From: a virus
Taxonomy: Duplodnaviria; Caudoviricetes
Length of the DNA: 57,206 bases
Strand: one strand, 5' to 3'
IMG/VR virus record: IMGVR_UViG_3300025769_000138
Span: 1 to 57,206 of that record
Part shown: positions 18,829-29,814 of the stretch, one piece after another
How positions within the stretch are numbered: the stretch's first letter is position 1
How the letters are laid out: each line of letters begins with the position of its first letter
Position numbers and translations under genes: made by a program
Notes under the pieces: model-generated
Told to the model about the DNA's origin: nothing
The model's input: the letters and a program-made list of their open reading frames with translations, nothing else
The model's database searches: none

Positions 18829-18829
18829 T

Positions 18830-19387
18830 ATGCAAGGCTATGTAGGTAATTTTGTAGGTGGTGGAGGTATTAAGTCTATACAGACTTTCTCAGATACTGT
18901 GACTACAGGTAATAGCACTAAAGACATAACTATAACATCTGTCGATACTACTAGTAGTATTATCATTGCAACACAGGACTTAAGAAACGCTGTGGTTACA
19001 TACAGCGATTATGTCTGTAGCTGGCAGCTTACTAGCTCTACAAACTTAAGACTTACTAGAAATGGTACATCTGGGTCTTCAGATACTGTAAGTGGTTTTA
19101 TAGTAGAGTTTGAAGACAATGTTATTTTATCTAATCAATATGCTACCGTAGCTTTAGCAGCTTCTGCTACAAGTGCTACACAGACTATATCCTCTGTAGG
19201 TACTGGAGATACATTTATTATACCATCGGGGGCTATACAGACAGCAGGATCATATGGGTCAGCACAGCCTTTTCCCTCTATGGTAGAGGTAACTCTCAAT
19301 AGTGCTACGCAGATAGGAGTAACTTGTACCAACCCCCAAACATCTTTAGACGTAAGCTATGCTTATCAGGTCATAGAGAAAGTTTAA
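18830..19387 (+). CDS. Tail fibre-associated protein
   Basis: IKSIQ..ITITSVD S/T-rich repeated domain. Confidence 0.55.
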   Translation: MQGYVGNFVGGGGIKSIQTFSDTVTTGNSTKDITITSVDTTSSIIIATQDLRNAVVTYSDYVCSWQLTSSTNLRLTRNGTSGSSDTVSGFIVEFEDNVILSNQYATVALAASATSATQTISSVGTGDTFIIPSGAIQTAGSYGSAQPFPSMVEVTLNSATQIGVTCTNPQTSLDVSYAYQVIEKV

Positions 19388-19409
19388 TGAAATATTTTAC
19401 AGGTAGTGT

Positions 19410-20003
19410 ATGTCTATTAAGTATTCTGATATAAGATCACAATTAAAAGTTGGAGATGTAATCGCTTTCTCAGGAAAGTCTAGAGTAAGCAACTTGATTA
19501 AATTTGCTACAAGAAGTGATATATCTCATGTAGGTATTGTATTAGAATCAAATAGCTTAGAGCTAGGGCATATGGTTCATATCATAGAATCAACATCTTT
19601 AGCCACCACACCAGATGCAGTTACTAAAGAATTGTTTGTTGGTGTCCAGATCCAACAACTATCCCGTAGGATAGAATCGGAGAAAGGGCAAATCTATCAT
19701 GTACCTCTACTAGAGCCTTTAGATGAGTATAAACAAACTGCTATGATAGATTGGTTGAGATACAAGCATACTCAAAGAACTCCTTATGATACCATCCAAG
19801 CATTAGGTGCAGGGTTAGATCTCTTGGACGGATTAGGATTAGAGAATGATACAGACTTCTCTAGTCTATTCTGTAGTGAATTAGTAACTAAAGCTTTACA
19901 GTTAGCAGGAAGAGTACCAGAAGATATAAATCCTAGTGAGATGACTCCTGAAGATGTTATGAAGTTTGATTGTTTAGGAGAAAGACAGGAGATCATTCTA
20001 TGA
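19410..20003 (+). CDS. Permuted papain-like NlpC/P60 (YiiX/YebB family) enzyme
   Basis: GDVI, SHVGI (His), YD, FCSELV (Cys) in permuted order. Confidence 0.8.
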   Translation: MSIKYSDIRSQLKVGDVIAFSGKSRVSNLIKFATRSDISHVGIVLESNSLELGHMVHIIESTSLATTPDAVTKELFVGVQIQQLSRRIESEKGQIYHVPLLEPLDEYKQTAMIDWLRYKHTQRTPYDTIQALGAGLDLLDGLGLENDTDFSSLFCSELVTKALQLAGRVPEDINPSEMTPEDVMKFDCLGERQEIIL

Positions 20004-20431
20004 GTACAGACCCTCTATTACTAGGTATAGTACGAGATATACAAACTGATGTTAAGCAGATATCTAAAGATGTCAATCAATTAAAACTAGAGCATCAAGA
20101 AATATCTATGGGATTTAAAGGTCATGTTAAAGAATATGAATCTGATAAAGTACGATTTAATAATGCTATCCAATGGCAGACTAAGATTGATGGCACTCTA
20201 GATAAAAAGCTAGAGGACACCTTAGCTCCTTATACAGATGTAGTAGAAGCAATAAAAGAAGATATAAAAATAATAAATATAGATCATAAAAATATAGTAG
20301 AGCAATATAAAGAAGCTAAATACCTTAATAAAGTATCTAAGGTAGTTTGGATGACAGGTGGTTCTGTAATGGGAATATTAGCTACAGTTATAGCTTGGGT
20401 AATAAAGAATTTTGATATGGTAATTAAATAA
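20000..20431 (+). CDS. Coiled-coil protein with C-terminal transmembrane helix
   Basis: GGAG RBS; hydrophobic C-terminus; holin-like role possible. Confidence 0.5.
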   Translation: MSTDPLLLGIVRDIQTDVKQISKDVNQLKLEHQEISMGFKGHVKEYESDKVRFNNAIQWQTKIDGTLDKKLEDTLAPYTDVVEAIKEDIKIINIDHKNIVEQYKEAKYLNKVSKVVWMTGGSVMGILATVIAWVIKNFDMVIK

Positions 20432-21807
20432 TGGCTATCACTAGATCACAAAACCAGCAAATATTAGAGAGCCTTGGCTTTCAAGGGCAAGCAGGAGAAG
20501 GAAGAGGGGATCAATTCCTACGAGAGAACCCTCAATTAATAGAGTCTTATGCTACAGCTAGGCAAAGAATAGAGCCAGAATATAGTGCAGCAGGATTGAT
20601 GCAGACTGTAGCTCCAGGTATTCCTATTACAGATGTAGTAGCATCCCAAGTAAGAAACCCTACTTTAGCTTCAGGAGCAGAGTTTACTCCTGTCACCCAA
20701 CAGGTACAATCACAAGAAATACTACAAGCTCCTCAAACCTTAAGTCCTACAGGACAGGCTATTACTTCTGTACCAACAATAGCTCCTCCAACTCCAATAC
20801 AAACTACTCAAGCTCAAGCTCAACAAGTAGATCCTTCTCAAGTCCAAGGTTTAGTATCCTCAGAAGCAGGGCAGGTAACACCTCAATTCACTCAAGCTGT
20901 AGACCCAGCGGTAGCACAGCAGATGACAGTAGATGCTAATGCTACAGTACAAGGACAGTTAGAGAATTTATTATCAGGAGTAGAAGAAGGTGAAGTACCT
21001 TTATGGGCTAGAGGTGCAGTAGCTAAAGCTCAAGGAATATTAGCTTCAAAAGGATTAGGTGCTAGCTCTATAGCAGGAGAAGCTATTACTGCTGCTGTTA
21101 TTAATAGCGCACTACCTATAGCAGCTGCTGATGCTAAGACTTACTTTCAGGCAGATCTAGCTAACCTAAATAACAGACAACAGACAGAGCTGGAAAACCT
21201 AAGAGTCAGACAGCAGAATATGCTAACAGACACATCTATAGCTAATGCTGCTGAACAGATTAATGCAGCCTCTGAATTACAGAGAGAACAATTTGTAGCT
21301 AAGATGGTTACAAGCATCCGAGATCAGAACGCTAATAGAATGACTACTATCAGCCAGTTCAATGCTGCTGAAGAGAATAGAGCTTCTGCTTTAACTACAC
21401 AAATAGAGGCTGATTTATCTAAGGCTAATGCTCAGATAGATTTGACAGTTAAAGAGTTTAATGCTAAACTAGCACATGAAAGAGAAACTTTCAATTCACA
21501 AATGCAATTTGCTGTCAACCAATCTAATGTAGTTTGGAGACGACAACTCAATACAGCTAACACTACTGCTATTAATGCAGCTATGCAAGCTAACGTACAA
21601 AATAGATTCAATATGTCTGCTTCTGCTCAGAATAATATCTGGCAGCAGTTTAGAGATGAAGCAGCCTGGGCTTTCACTGCATCCGAGAATGCTAAGACTA
21701 GAGCATATAATGCAGCTCAAGCAGCTACTAACAGACAATTCAGTTCAAGGAATGATGCAGGATGGTTAGAGCAAGCAGGCTCGTTTGCTGCTTCCATTTG
21801 GTTATAG
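20431..21807 (+). CDS. Internal virion protein
   Basis: Q/A/N-rich; ALPIAAADA and QFNA repeats. Confidence 0.65.
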   Translation: MAITRSQNQQILESLGFQGQAGEGRGDQFLRENPQLIESYATARQRIEPEYSAAGLMQTVAPGIPITDVVASQVRNPTLASGAEFTPVTQQVQSQEILQAPQTLSPTGQAITSVPTIAPPTPIQTTQAQAQQVDPSQVQGLVSSEAGQVTPQFTQAVDPAVAQQMTVDANATVQGQLENLLSGVEEGEVPLWARGAVAKAQGILASKGLGASSIAGEAITAAVINSALPIAAADAKTYFQADLANLNNRQQTELENLRVRQQNMLTDTSIANAAEQINAASELQREQFVAKMVTSIRDQNANRMTTISQFNAAEENRASALTTQIEADLSKANAQIDLTVKEFNAKLAHERETFNSQMQFAVNQSNVVWRRQLNTANTTAINAAMQANVQNRFNMSASAQNNIWQQFRDEAAWAFTASENAKTRAYNAAQAATNRQFSSRNDAGWLEQAGSFAASIWL

Positions 21808-21815
21808 GAGATAAT

Positions 21816-22145
21816 ATGTCAGATATATTTGCTAATATATTTAATGATTTAAAAGGAGCTTACGATGATGTCGCCGGCTTCTTCGATAGGAGCTTAGAAG
21901 AGATAGGTATCTTAGATGATGATGAAGATGAGTCTTCAGGATCTGTATCTGAAGCATCTCTTACGGCTTTCAGCCCTAGTGATAAAAGTAATCTAGGAGT
22001 ATCTACATCTGAAGGGCAGGTGAGAGAAGGTCCTGGAGTATCAGCAGGAGATAGTAGATCTATCTCTTCAGTTAATATGAGAGCCATAGAACAACAATGG
22101 CTATATAGATTACGAGAGTTTTCTAAAATAGATGGAGGTAAATAA
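21816..22145 (+). CDS. Hypothetical virion-module protein
   Basis: GGAG RBS before the ATG at 21816. Confidence 0.65.
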   Translation: MSDIFANIFNDLKGAYDDVAGFFDRSLEEIGILDDDEDESSGSVSEASLTAFSPSDKSNLGVSTSEGQVREGPGVSAGDSRSISSVNMRAIEQQWLYRLREFSKIDGGK

Positions 22146-22624
22146 TGGCAACACCTATAGATGCATTAGCAGCCCCTATACCTGGAGAGTCTCTGACTTT
22201 ACCTAAAGGATCTTCAGCTTATGAGCAACAACCAAGATTCACAGATCCAGATGAAGTATTATCTTATCTGTGGAATGAGATGACTAAACAAAGAAGACAA
22301 GCTCAATTAATAGGTATGCTAAAGAATGGCGCACCAGCTGAAGCTTTAGCTAGAATAAACCTATTCCAAGGAGCAGCCAAAGGATATTTTACTTTTGATA
22401 TGGCTTTATCTATAGCTAATACAGTACATCAAATGGTTGTATCTATTGGACAAAGAGCTGTAGCTAATGGCTTACTTAAATCAGAAGAGTTAATTATTCA
22501 TGCACCAGATGAAGAGATGGAAGAGTTTATATCTTCTATGCCTAACAACCTATCCGTAGAACCCCAAGTAGAAGAATTACCTACTGAAGAGCCTACAGAA
22601 GAAGATATACTAGGAGGATTATAA
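22145..22624 (+). CDS. Virion-module protein
   Basis: APIPGESLT...YEQQP motif typical of this podovirus module. Confidence 0.65.
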   Translation: MATPIDALAAPIPGESLTLPKGSSAYEQQPRFTDPDEVLSYLWNEMTKQRRQAQLIGMLKNGAPAEALARINLFQGAAKGYFTFDMALSIANTVHQMVVSIGQRAVANGLLKSEELIIHAPDEEMEEFISSMPNNLSVEPQVEELPTEEPTEEDILGGL

Positions 22625-23763
22625 TGTCAGGATTAGAAGATTTCTTAGGAGGTTTCTTTGGTACTGGTTCTAAGATTGTACAAGAAAAAAAGAAAGAAAG
22701 AAGAAAAGCTAAGAGAGAAGATGAGGTAAGAGCACAAAGAAACGCAGATGAATTAAATCTTTACACTAAAAAGCTAGAGCTAAAAACTGCAGCTAGCCAG
22801 TATGAAGCTATTGCTAAAGTTAAGAGAGAGAAGGAAAGGTTAGAAGCCTGGAATGAAAAGCTTAATATTGCTTTTGATACTAATGGAGATACTACTTCTG
22901 CTAATGGAGGTGCTTTGACTCTGTCTACTGTAGATAAAGTAATAGATCTAGCTTATGAACAGAAAGCTCCTAAGAATATACTAGACAGACTAGAGCATAA
23001 ACGTAAGGTTTTAGAAGAGTTTAAAGAAGAGAAGAATAAACCTATAGGTTCTTTGATTGATAGAGATACTTTAAGACAGTTTAATGATATGTGGGCTGTA
23101 ACAGGGGACGATAAGAATACTATGGCTTTATCTCCGTTATTCCCAGAAGGAAAGAAGATACCTAAAGTCATGTCCTTATCTGATGCCAGGAAAAACGAAC
23201 TTATAAAAGAAGGTGTCGATAATAAGAATATATTAGTAGAAGGTAATGTAGTCACCCATCTAGTAGAGCCTACCGTTCATATGGCTAAAAGAGAAGTACT
23301 TCAATCTGAATCTAGGGCGCAATCAATAGCTATACATATAGGTAAAGAGAAAGGCTCTACTATCGGTCCTCGTGAGTTAGATGCAGCTGGCAGGATGGAG
23401 AAAACATTAAATACTTTAGACTTAGCTACTAGTGACGAAGAGAAGGTGGCAGCCTTTAAAGAGTTTTCTTCTATATATAAAGAAGTGCTAGGAGATACAC
23501 CTATTAAGCTTTCAGGTCAAGTACCTATCTTCCTCAATTCAGATAGACAAAGAAGAATTAAAGAAGCTAAAGAATTGATACGTCCTGCAAGAGAGGTTGT
23601 ATCCGAAGAGGTAGCTACTCCATTAACAGACAAACTAGATGTAGGTAGAAAGGAAGAATCTTTAGCTACAGACAGGCAAAGAAAGATACAGCAAGCTATT
23701 CAAAGAGCTAAAGACTTAGGCTATACAGATGAGCAGATTAGAGATTTATTAAGAGGTAGATAG
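22624..23763 (+). CDS. Internal virion protein (putative)
   Basis: N-terminal FLGGFFG segment then coiled coil; position. Confidence 0.55.
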   Translation: MSGLEDFLGGFFGTGSKIVQEKKKERRKAKREDEVRAQRNADELNLYTKKLELKTAASQYEAIAKVKREKERLEAWNEKLNIAFDTNGDTTSANGGALTLSTVDKVIDLAYEQKAPKNILDRLEHKRKVLEEFKEEKNKPIGSLIDRDTLRQFNDMWAVTGDDKNTMALSPLFPEGKKIPKVMSLSDARKNELIKEGVDNKNILVEGNVVTHLVEPTVHMAKREVLQSESRAQSIAIHIGKEKGSTIGPRELDAAGRMEKTLNTLDLATSDEEKVAAFKEFSSIYKEVLGDTPIKLSGQVPIFLNSDRQRRIKEAKELIRPAREVVSEEVATPLTDKLDVGRKEESLATDRQRKIQQAIQRAKDLGYTDEQIRDLLRGR

Positions 23764-26700
23764 TGGCTACTTTAGAAGAGCTATTCCAAGATATTAATAT
23801 TACTGATGAAGAATTAAATAATTATCTACCTGTAGAGGAAGAGGTGTTCAATCAACCTACCAGGGAGTTAGCTGATGAAATAGGCATGGAGCTTCCAGAA
23901 GGAAAGGAATCTTTAGAGTCTATCTTCTCTGGTATAGAGATGTCAGATCAGGAAGCTACTATTACCTTAGAGCAATCAGAGGATTTTATACGAGATACAG
24001 AAGTAATATCTGACCCTAGATCTGGCTTAGATACCCTCATAGATAATATTATAGGAGGTGCTTACATGGCTATGAAAGGGGAGGATGTACCTGAAGGTAT
24101 GGGTCCTGGGACTGGAGTAGGAGAAGTATTAGGTACTACTGCATCTATGATAGCATCTATCCCCTCTGTAGCAGGTAAGACAGCTGAAGGGTTTACTGTA
24201 GCTGTAGGTACATTGCCCACGGATCTTTTATATCTAGCAACAGAGACTATGAAGAATGTTGCAAAAGGAAAAGAAGTTCTATTACCTACATTTAACTCTT
24301 GGTTAGAGCAAGGTAATCCTTTTGTAACCTTAGAAGAGTTTAATACTTTATCAGAAGAGTTTAATAAAAGCCAGTTAGCAGAAATCTTAGGTACTACAGG
24401 AGATGTAGTACAAGAGCTAGGAGATAATTTAGGTGCGGATATTAAAGAATCCTTCGAGCTTTTAGTACCTGAAGATGTTACTGAATCAGAAAAAGATGTA
24501 GCTTCGTTCATAACTTTGCTAGCAGGAGGAGTACTAGGAGCTAGGAAGAAAGTAATGTCTTATATGAAACATAAGAAAGCTACTAGTAAAGAAGGTATTA
24601 CTTCAGCAGAATTATTTGACCAAAGTGTTAAAGGAGAGATGCTTGGGGTAGGAGTAGTTAATTCTAAAGAACTAGATAACGAAAGTTTAGTAGTTGGTTT
24701 AACTGGAGGAGAGATAGATCCTACTTTAGAAAGTAGATTTATTGTTCCTTTAGAAACTGGAGGTATAGCCAAGGGATTGAAAGAAGTCTTTGTATTTGGA
24801 CAAGAGAGTATTAAAGGATTAAAGAAGATACATTCTATATCTAAGGAAGCTATAGATAAATGGATTCCTTTAGATAATGAATTAGCTGCGGAAGATGTGT
24901 GGCTTAAATTCGAGTTAAGGTTAACCCAAGCAGCAGAAATAGAAGCACAAGCTACAGAGAAACTAAATAAGATATTCCCTGGAGTTATTAAGAATGAGGG
25001 GGGACAACAACTAGTCAATCCTAAAGATGAAATACTAGAAACTTCCCTAAGACAGAATGTAGATCCAGAAATATTAACTGAGATGTATCCTAATTATATG
25101 GCTCTAGCTGTAACTGGAGAAGATATGCAATCTATCTTTGAGTCTAAGATAGCAGATGCTCATGCAGCTCTTATATCAAGATACGCCCCTTTATACAATA
25201 TTGAAAGAGTATCTAGAGCTGCTAAAGAATATAATGAGACAGGAAGAAGAGATATTCTAGAGGATAGTATTCCTAGAAAAATACAACTTATAGATGAGCA
25301 GTCAGGAGTCCAGGCTAAATCTTTAATAGGGGATTCTGTATCTCTTAAAGATTCTAGCACTCATAGATTAGCCGTCAGAAGAAAAGAAGATGGATTACTA
25401 GAAGCTATAGATGGGAAACCACTCAATGTAGTATTCAATGAAGCTATTCAATCTAGTGGCTCAGAAGAAGCTGTATCTAATTTTCTTATAGCTAGAGATA
25501 CTCTTGATACTATTATCTATAAAAACCAACAGAGAGAGGTCTTAGAGCAGCAGATTAAAGATATAGCTGGAGACCTACCTGTAGGAGTAGACCCTTCTAA
25601 AAAAGGGTTTATAGAGGATTTAAAAGCTAATAAAGATATTGATGAAAATATAACTGACAAAGTCATATCTAAGATATCTAACCTAAAATCTCAAATAGAT
25701 AAATACTATACTGTAGATCCAGATGTACAAGAGATAGCTGAGGCTACTGTAGCTAAGTATGAAAAAGAATCTTGGGTTAAACCTTTATTAGAAGGAAAGA
25801 ATAAAATATCTAATATAGTATTGGATGAAGCTGTATTATCTGGTAGACTCTCTCAGAGAGATGCTAATAATATTAGAGCAGCCCACCCTAATTATACCCC
25901 TCACTATAGAATTATTGAAGTTGAAGGTGTAGATAGTTTAGATTTAGATAAGAGTATATCTTCTGCTGGAGTATTAAAGTATAGATCGGGTAATGATAAG
26001 CTTAAGAATATTGGAGCATTAGATGCTCATGTATTAGCTATTACTAAAACTTTAAATGCTACAGAGATGCAAAGAAGAAAGAAAGGTATCTTTGATTTCC
26101 TAATACAATTAGATGATGAAGCTTGGGGTACTTTATTTAGAGAGTCTAAAGAAGATGTCCTCATAGCTTTAGAAAAGATTAAACAAGGTAATGTAAGAAG
26201 AATAACTAATACAGAAGTAACTCCTTTAGAGATTACTGATACCTTACGTAAGACAGCAGATCCTGAATCTTTCTTCATTGATGGGGTAGAACTACAGCTC
26301 ACCCCTAATAACAAACTCTTAAGAAATATACTGGATTATAAAGCTAAGGATTCAGGCATTGTATTTAAGGCTATGCATAATATGGCTGCATTAGTTCGTA
26401 ATGCTATTACTGTATATAATCCTTTCTTTCAAATAAGATCTTTTTTAAGAGAGACAGAAGGAACTATGATATTCTCTAATGCTGTACCTTTTAAAGATTA
26501 CATTCCTTATAAATCTAATTTGGAAACAGTATTTAATAGTACTATAGATCCTAAGATGGATGAGTTCTTTAAATTAAACTATGGGTTAGGAAGGACTTAT
26601 GGCTCTGAGTTATCTGGATTACCATTAGAAGAGCAGATAAAAAATATAAGATCTAATATACAAGATAGAGGAATCTTATCTACTCAACCTTTAAAGAATG

Positions 26701-28352
26701 TACACAGCTTCTTTGAAAATATGGCAGAGAAGGTAGAGCTAGCTCCAAGGATTATGGAGTATAAGATAGCTAAAGCTCAGGGTAAGACAGATGCTGAAGC
26801 TTTAGCCCTAGCTAAAGATTTATCTATCAATTTCTCTCAGAAAGGATATAGTACTAGATGGGATAATGCTATAAGATCAGCACCTTTCTTAGCTGCACAT
26901 ATCAAAGGTTTAGACCGTATGTTTAGATTGGGTAAGTATGAGCCTAAGCAAATGGTTAACCGTATGATGTATGGTGTATATCCTAAGTATCTTCTTATTA
27001 AAGAATGGAATAGTTTATTTGGAGATGAAATCTTTGAAGAGCTTTACGGAGATGAAAGACCTTTTAATAGGAAGCTGACGGATGATGAGATTATATTAGG
27101 CATCCCTCCTCAAGTTAAAGAAATATTACTAGGGGAGGATCCAGATAATCTTACAGCCTTTGCTCAAGCAGTTAGAGAGAATGGAGGCTATTATAATACT
27201 TTACGTATGCCTAGAGCGCATGGAGTAGGGGTGGTAGGATCTATTGGAGTAGACGGTCTGGTAGACTTTGTAGGGTCTAGTATGGATCTAATCTATGATA
27301 AAGTAATAGAGGATAAGTATACTAATACAGATATAGGTAAAGAACTAGCAGCTCAAGGATTTACTTTAGAGAAGTTCTCTAGGGCTACTAAAGATATATT
27401 GGCAGGAGCTACACTCCCTGGATCCATAACTCCTCCAATATTTAGTATACCTATGGATCTAGCTGCTAATAAGAACTACTTTAATAATCCTATTGTACCT
27501 AGATCTGTTAGGCAACCTGAAGGAAGAAGATGGACAGAAGATAAGCCTGGTACTTTAGATGCTTTCAAGTCTTATGCTAAATCTTTAGCTAAGCCTGATA
27601 GGAATGGAGTAGCTACAGGTATCGATGTATCTCCTATTCAACTACAGTATATTATGCAAAGTACCTTAGCAGATGCAGGTTTATCTGTAATGCAATTAGG
27701 TGAGAGGATGGTAGCTAAGATAAGGAATGATGGATCAGAAATACCTGAGATTCCTAACAATAAGATATTTAGTTTCAGACAAGTCTTTGGTTCTGTAGGT
27801 AAAAGAAATAACCTGCCATTAATAGATAAATTCTATACAGCAGATAATTATCTATCTGATAAGAAAGTACAATTAGATTCTCTTACAGCCAAAGCTGATA
27901 GACCTAATGCTACAGCTAAGGATAGTGCAGCCTTACAGAATTTCTATAATGAGTATAGAGATGAGTTAGCTATGTATGATTTATTCGATCAAGCTAAACA
28001 AGATATTAATATCTTAAGAGTACAGATCAAGAATATCAGAGAGAATAAAGATGTAGGTACAGTAAAGACTGAGTTCTGGGGGGATCCTGTTAAAGCTAGG
28101 ATGATACAGAACTTAGAGCATGAGATGTTAAATATTTATTCTTCTGCTTTAGCTACTAGTAGATTCTGGGACGATGAGTATAGAGAGGCGTTAGCTAGGA
28201 AACCTTTCTTTGATTCTAAAGGATTAGAATTTGTAGATCCTTTTGAGATGTATAAAGGATTTAAGCTGAGACAGAGATCCCAGCTATTAGATCAGATAGA
28301 GGAAGAAGAGGATAGGAAACAATTGGAAGCTATACTAGAGTCCAGGTCTTAA
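23763..28352 (+). CDS. Large internal virion protein with LPD38-like C-terminal region
   Basis: 1529 aa; YTPHYR, NFSQKG..PFL, NKNYFNNPIVP, SPIQLQY motifs. Confidence 0.7.
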   Translation: MATLEELFQDINITDEELNNYLPVEEEVFNQPTRELADEIGMELPEGKESLESIFSGIEMSDQEATITLEQSEDFIRDTEVISDPRSGLDTLIDNIIGGAYMAMKGEDVPEGMGPGTGVGEVLGTTASMIASIPSVAGKTAEGFTVAVGTLPTDLLYLATETMKNVAKGKEVLLPTFNSWLEQGNPFVTLEEFNTLSEEFNKSQLAEILGTTGDVVQELGDNLGADIKESFELLVPEDVTESEKDVASFITLLAGGVLGARKKVMSYMKHKKATSKEGITSAELFDQSVKGEMLGVGVVNSKELDNESLVVGLTGGEIDPTLESRFIVPLETGGIAKGLKEVFVFGQESIKGLKKIHSISKEAIDKWIPLDNELAAEDVWLKFELRLTQAAEIEAQATEKLNKIFPGVIKNEGGQQLVNPKDEILETSLRQNVDPEILTEMYPNYMALAVTGEDMQSIFESKIADAHAALISRYAPLYNIERVSRAAKEYNETGRRDILEDSIPRKIQLIDEQSGVQAKSLIGDSVSLKDSSTHRLAVRRKEDGLLEAIDGKPLNVVFNEAIQSSGSEEAVSNFLIARDTLDTIIYKNQQREVLEQQIKDIAGDLPVGVDPSKKGFIEDLKANKDIDENITDKVISKISNLKSQIDKYYTVDPDVQEIAEATVAKYEKESWVKPLLEGKNKISNIVLDEAVLSGRLSQRDANNIRAAHPNYTPHYRIIEVEGVDSLDLDKSISSAGVLKYRSGNDKLKNIGALDAHVLAITKTLNATEMQRRKKGIFDFLIQLDDEAWGTLFRESKEDVLIALEKIKQGNVRRITNTEVTPLEITDTLRKTADPESFFIDGVELQLTPNNKLLRNILDYKAKDSGIVFKAMHNMAALVRNAITVYNPFFQIRSFLRETEGTMIFSNAVPFKDYIPYKSNLETVFNSTIDPKMDEFFKLNYGLGRTYGSELSGLPLEEQIKNIRSNIQDRGILSTQPLKNVHSFFENMAEKVELAPRIMEYKIAKAQGKTDAEALALAKDLSINFSQKGYSTRWDNAIRSAPFLAAHIKGLDRMFRLGKYEPKQMVNRMMYGVYPKYLLIKEWNSLFGDEIFEELYGDERPFNRKLTDDEIILGIPPQVKEILLGEDPDNLTAFAQAVRENGGYYNTLRMPRAHGVGVVGSIGVDGLVDFVGSSMDLIYDKVIEDKYTNTDIGKELAAQGFTLEKFSRATKDILAGATLPGSITPPIFSIPMDLAANKNYFNNPIVPRSVRQPEGRRWTEDKPGTLDAFKSYAKSLAKPDRNGVATGIDVSPIQLQYIMQSTLADAGLSVMQLGERMVAKIRNDGSEIPEIPNNKIFSFRQVFGSVGKRNNLPLIDKFYTADNYLSDKKVQLDSLTAKADRPNATAKDSAALQNFYNEYRDELAMYDLFDQAKQDINILRVQIKNIRENKDVGTVKTEFWGDPVKARMIQNLEHEMLNIYSSALATSRFWDDEYREALARKPFFDSKGLEFVDPFEMYKGFKLRQRSQLLDQIEEEEDRKQLEAILESRS

Positions 28353-28925
28353 TATCTTTTTTAAGAAGTGGTCTTCTACTGCTGAAGTTATACAGCAGGT
28401 TAGAGCTTTAATATCTTTATGATTGAATACAGGTAGATGAAAACTTCCATTAGGATCTATGTATTCTCTAGAATCATTCCTGAAGTTCTTTCCTGATCTT
28501 ATCATTTGTACTACCATAATATTATCTTTACCTAGATAGTCTTGGATAACTTCATACTCCTCTTGGAAGCCACAATCAGAGACCAGGAAGATACCATCAT
28601 TCTCTCTCTTCTTAAGTCTTCCTACAAATTGTTTACCGAAGAAATCTAATCCCATTCTAGGTTTGATAAACTGTTCACTAAAAGCTATATACTCATCTCT
28701 TAGTGAGTTACCATTAAGTACCTCTAAAGGAGTATCTTTTATTTTTTCTATAGCAGTCTTACTATATGGTATACTATAGAATTTATGTACTGCATCTTTC
28801 ATAGGTTGGGCTATAGATATTCTCATAGCTCCTATACATCTCTTACGTAGAGCAGATTGAAATAGTTTAGCTGAGGTATCTTTACCTGAGCCTGGAGGTC
28901 CATTAAATATTACTGCTTTATGCAT
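28335..28925 (-). CDS. Deoxynucleoside monophosphate kinase
   Basis: NGPPGSGKDT P-loop, SDCGFQEE, DSR. Confidence 0.8.
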   Translation of the reverse strand: MHKAVIFNGPPGSGKDTSAKLFQSALRKRCIGAMRISIAQPMKDAVHKFYSIPYSKTAIEKIKDTPLEVLNGNSLRDEYIAFSEQFIKPRMGLDFFGKQFVGRLKKRENDGIFLVSDCGFQEEYEVIQDYLGKDNIMVVQMIRSGKNFRNDSREYIDPNGSFHLPVFNHKDIKALTCCITSAVEDHFLKKILRPGL

Positions 28926-29100
28926 CTATAGCCTCCCCTTCTAGTTGTTTAACACATAAGAACTCTGTATTTCTTGTATCAGGTTTAGCTTGAAGGAAGT
29001 ATTTATCTTTATTACATTCTTCCAAACTAGGATACTCATCTATGGTTACATACCCTTGATTAAAACCATTTAGTAATAATCCTATTAATAATACTTTCAT
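28918..29100 (-). CDS. Small secreted/membrane hypothetical protein
   Basis: Hydrophobic N-terminus, two Cys, TAATG coupling. Confidence 0.55.
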   Translation of the reverse strand: MKVLLIGLLLNGFNQGYVTIDEYPSLEECNKDKYFLQAKPDTRNTEFLCVKQLEGEAIDA

Positions 29101-29813
29101 TATAATATCTCTCCTATCCATCTTCCTTCTTCATTTATAATCATAGGTATAAAATGCGGTACACCTTTATTAACAATCAGACTACCTAATGTAGGCTTAT
29201 GAGGAAACTTCTTTCCATACTTAAAGGCATAAGATTCTATATCTATAAGACACCCAGCATTAGCTGCAAATGTCATAAACTCATCATTAGCCTGATATTG
29301 AATGCCTCCATGAGAATGATGGTGTCCTATAACAGTAGATCTTCTGTTGATAGACTCCAACTTCTTAGCAGCATACATACCTCCTGCTCTATCCCCATGC
29401 TCAAACCTTATACCATCAATGATAACATACTCTTGAATATCCCACCCATCAGGCATACATAAGATTTCCCTTAAAGGCTTCATAAACTCTGGTAGTAATC
29501 CAGCTTCAGCTCTTCTTAATTCTATCCTAGCTACGTGGTTGGAGTATACTTCTACTCCAGTAGGAAATATCTCATACTGTTCTTCTAATCTTTCTTTAGC
29601 TTGTTTATACTCCTCTATAGGAGATAATCCTTGCGGATCTGAAAGGAATGTTGAGAAATTGTTAGCATCAATACTATCCCCTATATGAATTACTTTAGTA
29701 GGCTTCCACTTCTTTTTAATAGCTTTTAAGAATGGAAAGGTATCTGGATGCTCAAAAGGATACTGACTATCCCCTATAGCTAGTATTATTTCCTCACCTC
29801 TATTTAATCTCAC
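29100..29813 (-). CDS. Calcineurin-like metallophosphoesterase
   Basis: GDSQ, IGDSID, SNH, HGD, GHHH motifs. Confidence 0.8.
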   Translation of the reverse strand: MRLNRGEEIILAIGDSQYPFEHPDTFPFLKAIKKKWKPTKVIHIGDSIDANNFSTFLSDPQGLSPIEEYKQAKERLEEQYEIFPTGVEVYSNHVARIELRRAEAGLLPEFMKPLREILCMPDGWDIQEYVIIDGIRFEHGDRAGGMYAAKKLESINRRSTVIGHHHSHGGIQYQANDEFMTFAANAGCLIDIESYAFKYGKKFPHKPTLGSLIVNKGVPHFIPMIINEEGRWIGEIL

Positions 29814-29814
29814 T

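Noticed and set aside
24062-26314. Antisense ORFs inside the large virion gene (and similar shadow ORFs elsewhere)
   Set aside because: S/L/F-rich mirror translations expected from the codon bias of the sense genes; no RBS
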